A DNA stretch of 24,000 nt from an uncultured Anaerovorax sp. (GTDB lineage Bacteria > Bacillota > Clostridia > Peptostreptococcales > Anaerovoracaceae), in the NCBI GenBank assembly GCA_964461765.1, contig CAYWVS010000032.1, forward strand, positions 1 to 24,000. The letters are read 5' to 3'. The notes beneath the pieces are model-generated. The model did not search any database, was not told the origin of the DNA, and saw only the letters and a list, made by a program, of their open reading frames with translations. The translations under genes were made by a program, and so were the position numbers. Each line of letters begins with the position of its first letter. The first letter of the stretch is position 1. Of the stretch, positions 15,957 through 23,215 are shown in pieces.

Positions 15957-16039
15957 TTAATCAAATTATAAGATACTTTTAGACTTTGTTGACAATCAAA
16001 CAATCTACCATTTTTAAAGGATACAGGAGGATTATTACT

Positions 16040-16738
16040 ATGGCAAGATGTACAGCACCGGTTTACGGTCATCGCACGGCAAGTGGAAGGGAAAACTGCC
16101 CAGTGTGTGGAGGTAACTATAGAGATTACAATTCTTATCCCTCATATTCTTCGCCGTATTTTTCATTATCAAACAGTTCTACAAGTAGTAAAAGTAATAG
16201 TGGTGGTGGCGGACAAACTAAGATGAAAGCACGCTGGTCTCCAACTGGTTCTACTATCCTATATACCCCTGCGGAGATACAAACGCTTACTCCGGTACGT
16301 GAAAATGTTGAGAGGCGCTCAAAATCATCAGATTTACGGGATGTTTTTCTTTGTCACGCTTGGGATGACCGTAAAAACGAAGCTAAGGAACTACACGATT
16401 TACTTGAATCAAAAGGGGTAACAGTTTGGTTTAGCGAAAAAGATGTTCTTTTAGGTTCATCTTTACTTCGTGAAATTGATAAAGGCTTGGCAAAATCTCG
16501 CATCGGTATTGTATTAGTTACGCCTTCATTTCTTAAACGTGTTGAGGGAGAAGGAATAGCAGATAAAGAGCTTTCGGCGTTGCTATCTCGTGATTTACTT
16601 ATCCCTATTGTACATAACACGACTTTTGAGGATTTACGTGAAGTTAGCCCGTTGCTTGGCTCACGAAGTGGCTTAAGTACTATTGATGAATCAATGGTAG
16701 TTGTTGCGGCTAAAATAGCAGAGTTGGTTACCTCGTAA
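16040..16738 (+). CDS. TIR-domain protein with N-terminal zinc-knuckle and Ser-rich linker (232 aa)
   Basis: Start at the ATG at 16040 (GGAGG 9 nt upstream; the track starts at a TTG at 15986). N-terminus C-x6-H-x8-C-x2-C (MARCTAPVYGHRTASGRENCPVCGG). Low-complexity S/G linker. TIR pattern DVFLCHAWDD...GVTVWFSEKDVLLGSSL...SRIGIVLVTPSFL, with the conserved Glu at 16436-16438. Confidence 0.85.
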   Translation: MARCTAPVYGHRTASGRENCPVCGGNYRDYNSYPSYSSPYFSLSNSSTSSKSNSGGGGQTKMKARWSPTGSTILYTPAEIQTLTPVRENVERRSKSSDLRDVFLCHAWDDRKNEAKELHDLLESKGVTVWFSEKDVLLGSSLLREIDKGLAKSRIGIVLVTPSFLKRVEGEGIADKELSALLSRDLLIPIVHNTTFEDLREVSPLLGSRSGLSTIDESMVVVAAKIAELVTS

Positions 16739-16766
16739 AGAAAATAAAAAAATAAGTATAAAGAAA

Positions 16767-17188
16767 TATCCTCCCCAAATAGTCACGAAAATTCCTGCAA
16801 AGCTTGTTTTTGTACGGAATAAGCACAAGAAAGAAGAATGGATTGCTTTCATTTTTACAGACACAAAGCTGTCAGAGAACGAAATCGTTGCAGAAAACAC
16901 TTTATGGCAAACGTAGGGATATTGAAGTTTTCTTCAAAATCTGTAAGTCTTACCTAAAGCTGAAGGGTGAATTTCAGCAATTATCTTACGTTGTGTTGGT
17001 GGCACATACTTCCATTGTGATGGTTAGGTATATGATCATTTATAAAAACGGCAAACGGAGTACAAAAGAAGCCTTGGAGACCTTTTTTTCTCTGCTGTGA
17101 TGAAGTTGCAGACATTCATTTTGAGCAAGCATTGATACTTCTAATGTCTTGTCTTTCAAAAACGTTGAAAGATAAAGGGAAAATTTAA
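16767..17188 (+). mobile_element. Frameshifted C-terminal remnant of an IS4-family (DDE) transposase
   Basis: Pieces in three frames: KLVFVRNKHKKEEWIAFIFTDTKLSENEIV..., then LYGKRRDIEVFFKICKSYLKLKGEFQQLSY..AHTSIVMVRYM (the Y-x-R-W-x-IE-x-FFK-type signature holding the DDE Glu), then CDEVADIHFEQALILLMSCLSKTLKDKGKI*. No intact ORF and no terminal inverted repeats identified. Confidence 0.6.
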
Positions 17189-17228
17189 ATCAAAAAAAGA
17201 AAATTATATTCCTCACCATAAACTAAAC

Positions 17229-17462
17229 AAAAAATATCAAATATTTATTAGCTCAACTCATGAAGACTTAAAAGATGAACGTGATGAGGTCATTAAAACC
17301 ATACTAAAGTTAGAGCATATTCCTATTGGGATGGAAATGTTTAATGCAGGCGATGACGAACAATGGTACGTCATTAAGCGAACAATAGATACTTCCGATT
17401 ACTATGTAATTATCCTGGGCTTAAAGTATGGGTCAATGATCCATAATAGATGCAGTCCTTAA
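17229..17462 (+). pseudogene. Remnant of a DUF4062-domain gene (start codon missing, C-terminus replaced)
   Basis: KKYQIFISSTHEDLKDERDEVIKTILKLEHIPIGMEMFNAGDDEQWYVIKRTIDTSDYYVIILGLKYGS matches the DUF4062 N-terminal signature as I recall it. There is no in-frame start upstream (the frame is open from 17169 without ATG/GTG/TTG). The reading frame ends abruptly at 17460-17462. Confidence 0.55.
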
Positions 17463-17761
17463 TAGTAATTCAGCAATTTCGAACTGTGCAGAATGAATTA
17501 GGCGATTGGCTTATTGCAATTCAAAAGAAAGAGAACGGCTTAAAAGTCCCTATGAAATTGGAGACCAACTCTTTGGGAAGCATTTCCTTATCTTTTCCAA
17601 ACTTATATTTACAAGGAGATTTGTCAGTTTGGTAAGTACGTCATGCGTTATCTAACTAATCAACAAATAAACATAGAACTGTGGTAATAGCCTCCAAAGA
17701 AACAGTCTGGCTTATAGGGAAGCAGCTGTAGGAAAACTAACTGTTCCACAGTATCTATATA

Positions 17762-17781
17762 GGATTATACAGAGATAATCC
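17762..17781. promoter_or_regulatory. Perfect 7-bp inverted repeat upstream of the gajA-like gene (candidate operator)
   Basis: GGATTAT-ACAGAG-ATAATCC at 17762-17781, about 50 nt upstream of the preferred start. Confidence 0.3.
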
Positions 17782-17834
17782 AGAAAGGAAAATGTATAAT
17801 GGATATCTGTGTTTTCATTATACAAGGTAAAAAC

Positions 17835-19424
17835 ATGGGCAGTATTAAGCAGATCGCTATTCATGGATATAAAAAATTTAAGGACTTCCATCTAACTTTT
17901 CACGATGGGCTTAACATCATTATTGGTGAAAACGAGTCGGGCAAAACCACTGTAATAGAAGCAATAAACATTGCTCTGAACCAGTGGTATAGAACAGCAG
18001 ATAAAAGCATAGTCGAAGAATTGATAAATCGTGAATTGATAGATAAATTCTATGCTACACCTTCAGTAGACACTCTTCCAAAGATAATCATAGAGATAGA
18101 ATTTGATTTGTCCAATCTACCTACTCAATCAGATTATTATGGGCAAGAGTATAAACTTATACAATCTCGTGATGATTTATACGGCGTTTCTTTTTGCTGC
18201 GAATTCAATGATGCATATGCAAAGAGTTTATTGCCGAATATAAATGCTGGGCTTGTTCCGTTTGAATATTACGATTTTTCATGGAAGACATTTAGTGGAG
18301 GACCTTTCTTATCATTGAAGAGCCCGGTGAAATATTTGGCAATAAATGCTTCTGAACAAACCTCTACCACTTCGTTTAATTATTACAATAAGAAGATTTT
18401 TAACAATACATTTTCCGAGAGCGATAAACTAAAATATAAAAACGATTTTCGCGATCAAGTAAAAAGTGCATTTGATTCCGTTGATATAGACGACATTGAT
18501 GCAAATAAGAAATTCGCTATTGATAATAAAAGGATAATATTGGAAAATCTGCTGACAATTACAGAGAATGGTATAGCATTGGAGAACAAAGGAAAAGGCA
18601 GAGAAAATCTTATTAAGACGCAAATTGCTCTTGACAAAGCTAGTGAACGAACAGAGGTAATCACTATTGAAGAGCCTGAGAGTCATTTGAGTCACACCAC
18701 TCTTCGAAAAATGATTAATGATATAAGAGAAAACCATGAGAATAAGCAGCTGATTGTAACCACGCATAATAGTTTGATCGTCACTAGCCTTGGATTAAAA
18801 AATGTCATTTGGATAAATAGCAATAGAGGGATCAGTCTTTCTGATATTCCCAAAACTGCGGCTGATTATTTTTCCAAGCTTGACAATAGTAATTTACTGC
18901 AGTTTCTTCTTGCAGAAAAATCCATCATAGTTGAAGGGGCAACAGAATATTTGATGCTTCCAGAGTTATATAAAGCTACATATCCGGAGTCAAGTCTTCA
19001 TTCAGATAAGATTGATATTATTTCCTGTAACGGTCTTTCTTACAAACAATATCTTGAAATTACAAAAAAAACAAATCATAAGGTTGCGGTTATTACGGAC
19101 AATGATGCCAAATCCGAAAACCTTGATTACATGGCTGCATATAATACAGAAAATGAGCGGTCTCATGTCTTTATGTCGGACGATTTAGGCGATGACGGCT
19201 GGACCTGGGAGGCCAATATTTATTCATTAAATAGGCTCTTAATTGAAGATCTCATTACACTTCAGGATGGAGCGCAGTATCTTTATCATGGAAGGGATTA
19301 TGGGCGTTACTTAGGAAAGATGCTTAACCATAAAGTTGAAACTGCCTACCAACTACTTCCCAAAGTAAGAGAACTTCAATGCCCTAAGTATATTAAGGAT
19401 GTGTTTGAATGGATAAGAAATTAG
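17835..19424 (+). CDS. gajA: OLD-family ATPase + Toprim nuclease (Gabija GajA-like, class 2 OLD)
   Basis: Preferred start MGSIKQIAIHGYKKFKDF (AAGGT RBS); the track starts at 17799. Walker A GENESGKTT 17925-17951. Walker B/EEPE motif ITIEEPESHLSH. TTHNS. Toprim Glu in IIVEGATE (18933-18935). DxD in ITDNDA (19098-19106). Confidence 0.85.
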   Translation: MGSIKQIAIHGYKKFKDFHLTFHDGLNIIIGENESGKTTVIEAINIALNQWYRTADKSIVEELINRELIDKFYATPSVDTLPKIIIEIEFDLSNLPTQSDYYGQEYKLIQSRDDLYGVSFCCEFNDAYAKSLLPNINAGLVPFEYYDFSWKTFSGGPFLSLKSPVKYLAINASEQTSTTSFNYYNKKIFNNTFSESDKLKYKNDFRDQVKSAFDSVDIDDIDANKKFAIDNKRIILENLLTITENGIALENKGKGRENLIKTQIALDKASERTEVITIEEPESHLSHTTLRKMINDIRENHENKQLIVTTHNSLIVTSLGLKNVIWINSNRGISLSDIPKTAADYFSKLDNSNLLQFLLAEKSIIVEGATEYLMLPELYKATYPESSLHSDKIDIISCNGLSYKQYLEITKKTNHKVAVITDNDAKSENLDYMAAYNTENERSHVFMSDDLGDDGWTWEANIYSLNRLLIEDLITLQDGAQYLYHGRDYGRYLGKMLNHKVETAYQLLPKVRELQCPKYIKDVFEWIRN

Positions 19425-20512
19425 TAATGGCCGTTGCTGGCTCCGGAAAGACATATTTAATATGCAATTCTTTAGACCCAGAAAAACGGAATCTAATCCT
19501 TGCATTTACACATGAGAATATTAAAAATATCCGACGTGAATTGTTTGAGCGTTATGACTGCATCCCAGAAGACACAATTGTATCGACATTCCACAGTTTT
19601 CTTTTTAGCAATTGCATCCGACCATACCATATGATGATTTGTGACTTATATGGAGTGCAACCGTTCAACTGTGAGGGAGTCATGTTTCTATCGCCTCCAA
19701 AGCCTATGAATGGTAAGCAATATAACGTTTTGTATGTCAAGGACAACAAAATGAAACATTACATACCGAGGAAAACATATTATTGTTCGCGCATGGCTAA
19801 ATTAGTATTAAAAAATAAGGATACCTTACTACCTTCTGTGATTAATCGAACAAATAAATTTTACGATGCACTTTTTATTGATGAATATCAGGATTACCGA
19901 AATGAAGAATATGAATTATTGTCGTCAATAATACAGGGATTTAATGGGGATGTTTTATTGGTTGGAGATTATTATCAGCACTCGGTAAGTGGAGACAATA
20001 ATACTGGAAAACCTTTTGGTACTGCAAAGAAGTCAAAAACGTATCAAGAATATAAAAAATTAATTGAAGGACTTGGTGTTACTATAGATGAAAACAAATT
20101 ATACAAATCAAGACGTTGCTCAAAATCTGTCTGCGATTTTGTAAGTTCTAAGATGGGTATTGAATTAGAATCATATGATAATCATTCTGGTGAAGTGAGT
20201 ATGGTTTTAGACGTGGCAGAGGCCAATCGGGTTTTATGCGATGATAACATCTGCAAATTGTTATTAAGAGATTCAGGGAAGTATCTCTTTAAATGCTTCA
20301 ATTGGAGTTATTCTAAAGGCGATACATATGAGAAAACTTGTGTGGTTTTAACTAATGATACATCCAATTTGATGGAGGATGATTTTAGGTATGATTGCAT
20401 TACTCCGATAATAAGAAATAAGTTGTATGTTGCCCTAACCCGTAGCCGAACTGACGTTTATTTGATGCCGAAAAACATATTTGACAAAGTGAAAGAAAAC
20501 TATTGTAGATAG
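19409..20512 (+). CDS. gajB: Compact UvrD/PcrA-like SF1 helicase (Gabija GajB-like), 367 aa
   Basis: Overlaps the gajA-like gene by 16 nt. Motif I AGSGKT 19436-19453. Motif II DEYQD 19880-19894. Motif VI-like YVALTRSR near the C-terminus. Confidence 0.8.
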   Translation: MDKKLVMAVAGSGKTYLICNSLDPEKRNLILAFTHENIKNIRRELFERYDCIPEDTIVSTFHSFLFSNCIRPYHMMICDLYGVQPFNCEGVMFLSPPKPMNGKQYNVLYVKDNKMKHYIPRKTYYCSRMAKLVLKNKDTLLPSVINRTNKFYDALFIDEYQDYRNEEYELLSSIIQGFNGDVLLVGDYYQHSVSGDNNTGKPFGTAKKSKTYQEYKKLIEGLGVTIDENKLYKSRRCSKSVCDFVSSKMGIELESYDNHSGEVSMVLDVAEANRVLCDDNICKLLLRDSGKYLFKCFNWSYSKGDTYEKTCVVLTNDTSNLMEDDFRYDCITPIIRNKLYVALTRSRTDVYLMPKNIFDKVKENYCR

Positions 20513-20746
20513 CATGCCTTTAGGCAAAGTACTACATAAAACACTGAATTAGAGAAGATAAGGTCAACTCATCATAATTTCAATTTTGATAACAGGTTTA
20601 TTTATCTTGATATCCTACGTTATACATTTTTAATTACTGTTGGCGATTACATATAGAGTTAAAGAAATAATTATGTTATTGATGGCCATTATAATGGTTT
20701 TACCTTCACATTATGTTTAAAAGATGTTACTTTAAAAAACTTTAGA

Positions 20747-20781
20747 AAACATTTTAAATAAATATTAAACATTTTAAATAA
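20747..20781. repeat. 15-bp direct repeat x2 upstream of a degraded gene
   Basis: AAACATTTTAAATAA at 20747-20761 and 20767-20781 (20-bp period). Confidence 0.6.
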
Positions 20782-20808
20782 TATGATAATATTAAATAAA
20801 AAATCAAA

Positions 20809-21617
20809 ATGAAAGCTAAACATAATTATTTAAAACAAGCCCTTGGGTTAGATGCCCAAATTGAAAAATGGCAATATCAAGAGCGGCTACCCTTCTACTT
20901 AAAAGAGGGTAAAACATTTAACCAATTAATAATAAAAGATAAGGAATGTTTAATTGTCAATTAAGAAGTTGATGATTTTTCTTTACCTATATTTCAAAAG
21001 CATTTAGAAAGGCTTAAAGAATATTTTGAAGGAACTGTAATTTTACAATTCTCGCAACTTACCACATATCAACGAAAAGTTCTGATAGAAAATCAAATTT
21101 CTTTTATAGTACAGGGCAAACAAATCTATGTTCCATTTCTAGGAATGGTGTTACAAGAAACAGGTCTTGCAGAGAAACACAATCCGGTTAATATGCCCCC
21201 TGTATCATAGATGATATTACGGTTCTTCATATATCATTCAAACGGAAGAGAATATTCAAAGGGAGAGATTGCAGAGGAAATAAATCTTTCCGGAAGTGAC
21301 GTAACACGGGGAGTTGAATACTGGTAGCAAAAGGGATTATTGCTATCCCAAAAACATGGGAAATATTCTAAGGTAATTGCTCCATGTTATGGAAAACCGC
21401 TCATTGAGAAGTCTATGCCTCTTTAATAAACCCCGTGCAAAAGAGAATATCTGTAAAGATAAAGAAAGAATAAATGGCTTTGCCTATTGCCGGTAAAGAA
21501 GCACTTTCCATGCATAAGGGTACTATGAAAAAAATGATGAGATTTTTAAATAAAGATGATATAATAGATCCCAAGTGGAGCAAAGATGAATTTATAGAAA
21601 TTGAAGTGAGGAAATAG
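20809..21617 (+). pseudogene. Degraded gene for a wHTH (MarR-like) protein of the ...LPFYL...IPF..QGKQIYVPFLG...INPV.KR... family
   Basis: A single frame from the ATG at 20809 reads a coherent protein, interrupted by in-frame TAA (20962), TAG (after PPVS), TAG (after VEYW) and TAATAA (after MPL). A frame change then leads into INPVQKRISVKIKKE*MALPIAGKEALSMHKGT...EIEVRK* (stop 21615-21617). Confidence 0.6.
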
Positions 21618-21772
21618 GATTCTAATTGCTTTACAAGTAGCAATATAGTTGGTAAGATTTCACTAATTTAACCCTAAAAGACAGCGATTGCTTGAAAGAG
21701 TCTTGGAGGATGTAAATTGAACCATTTAAATTTTACTCCTAACTTTTTAGTTGTCATATTTCTGTTTGATAG

Positions 21773-22018
21773 AACTTTTGGAGTGAAGATATTAGGACAG
21801 AAGAAGTCCTAATAAATGTCCTAATAAATGTCCCAATAAATGTCCCAATAACTGAGATACAAATGAAAATATTAGATGTAAGTCAAAAAACAATTCAACG
21901 AGAACTCAAAAAATTAAAGGAAGCAAAGCATATTGAACGCATCGGTTCAAATAAAGTAGGCTTCTGGGAAATTATGGATTACAGAAAGATTTATTGCTCT
22001 GATAATTCCCAATTTTAA
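21773..22018 (+). pseudogene. C-terminal remnant of a larger regulator/ATPase (peptide-repeat linker + wHTH tail)
   Basis: Open frame without a usable start: ...EEVLINVLINVPINVPITEIQMKILDVSQKTIQRELKKLKEAKHIERIGSNKVGFWEIM...*. This resembles the repeat-linker plus HTH tail seen at the C-terminus of AlbA_2/HATPase_c_4-type putative regulators. Confidence 0.4.
21806..21853. repeat. 12-bp tandem repeat x4
   Basis: GTCCTAATAAAT, GTCCTAATAAAT, GTCCCAATAAAT, GTCCCAATAACT in perfect tandem. Encodes (V[LP]IN)x4 in the remnant frame. Confidence 0.85.
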
Positions 22019-22078
22019 GTCACCAAACAAAAAGAAATATTTAAACCCTAACCTACAACATCACCCCCCGGAGGAAAA

Positions 22079-23215
22079 ATGAAACTCATACACCTCTCTG
22101 ATCTCCATATAGGCAAACGACTATATGAGTTTTCTTTGCTGGAAGATCAAGAATACATATTAACAAAAATAATCAACATCCTAGACCAGGAAAAGCCGGA
22201 TGTCGTGCTTATCTGCGGTGATATTTACGATAAATCAGTACCCTCAGCAGAAGCGGTGACTTTGTTTGATAACTTTTTGGTGGGACTTTCAGAGCGAAAT
22301 TTAAAAATCTTTGTCATAAGCGGGAACCATGATTCTCCCGAACGCATTGCCTTTGGTTCCAGACTTATGAAAACCAGCGGTGTGTATATGTCCCCGGTTT
22401 ACAGCAAGGAGATTCACTCCGTAAAACTTTTGGACGAGCATGGAACCTTAAACATTTATATGCTGCCCTTCATTAAACCGGCACACGTAAGAGCTCATTT
22501 CCCGGATAATACCATTGAATCATACTCAGAAGCGGTACAAATTGCCATTGGTCATGCACATATTGATCCCGCAGAGCGAAATGTTTTGTTGACCCATCAA
22601 TTTGTAACAGGCTCGGAACGCTCCGACTCAGAAGATTTTTCCGTGGGTGGCTCGGATAACGTTTCGGCCTCTGTTTTTGATGCTTTTGATTACGTGGCTC
22701 TTGGGCATCTCCATAAACCCCAAAGTATCGGTAGAGAAACCCTCAGGTATTGTGGTACCCCTTTAAAATATTCTGTTTCCGAAGCAAAGCATGATAAGTC
22801 AGTTACAGTTGTAGAAATGCAGGAAAAAGGAAATGTTTCTGTTCGGACCGTGAATTTGATTCCTAAGCGTGATGTACGTGAAATCAAAGGCACCTACATG
22901 GAATTGACCTCCAAAAAATATTATGAAGAATTAAATCTTGAGGATTTTTACCAGGTCACCTTAACCGATGAAGAGGATATTCCTGATGTTATGAACAAGC
23001 TTAGGGTTATCTACAAAAATATCATGAATTTGGTTTACGATAATAAAAGAACTCGCAGCGGGTCAATGATCGGTGGCATAGAGGATGTGGAAAACAAATC
23101 CCCCCTAACCCTTGTGTCGGAATTCTATGAGTTGCAAAATAATCAACCTCTTAGCGAGGAACAAAAGATATTTATGAAAAACCTGATAGAAATGATATGG
23201 GGGGACGAAAAATGA
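22079..23215 (+). CDS. sbcD: Exonuclease SbcCD, nuclease subunit D (Mre11-like phosphoesterase)
   Basis: GGAGGAAAA RBS. Calcineurin-like phosphoesterase motifs: DLH(I)G in LSDLHIGKR, GDIYD, GNHD, GHLH. Confidence 0.92.
   Translation: MKLIHLSDLHIGKRLYEFSLLEDQEYILTKIINILDQEKPDVVLICGDIYDKSVPSAEAVTLFDNFLVGLSERNLKIFVISGNHDSPERIAFGSRLMKTSGVYMSPVYSKEIHSVKLLDEHGTLNIYMLPFIKPAHVRAHFPDNTIESYSEAVQIAIGHAHIDPAERNVLLTHQFVTGSERSDSEDFSVGGSDNVSASVFDAFDYVALGHLHKPQSIGRETLRYCGTPLKYSVSEAKHDKSVTVVEMQEKGNVSVRTVNLIPKRDVREIKGTYMELTSKKYYEELNLEDFYQVTLTDEEDIPDVMNKLRVIYKNIMNLVYDNKRTRSGSMIGGIEDVENKSPLTLVSEFYELQNNQPLSEEQKIFMKNLIEMIWGDEK

Noticed and set aside
16804-17100. 98-aa ORF treated as an intact gene
   Set aside because: It is one frame of a frameshifted IS4-type transposase C-terminal remnant. 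Flanking homology continues in other frames, and the catalytic N-terminal two thirds is absent.
17450-17635. 61-aa ORF as a stand-alone gene
   Set aside because: No RBS and no recognisable motif. It is most simply leftover coding sequence from the disrupted DUF4062-containing gene.
17835-20512. Alternative assignment as PARIS (AriA/AriB) or Septu
   Set aside because: The ATPase and Toprim domains are fused in one protein and the partner is a UvrD-like helicase (AGSGKT, DEYQD). That is the Gabija / class-2 OLD arrangement. No DUF4435-only or HNH partner is present.
20809-21617. In-frame stops as evidence of stop-codon reassignment or programmed readthrough
   Set aside because: TAA, TAG and TGA all terminate well-supported genes elsewhere in the window. 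The region also has a frame change, so ordinary pseudogenisation is the simpler explanation.
21413-21643. 76-aa minus-strand ORF
   Set aside because: Antisense to the tail of the degraded wHTH gene, hydrophobic low-complexity, and no RBS.
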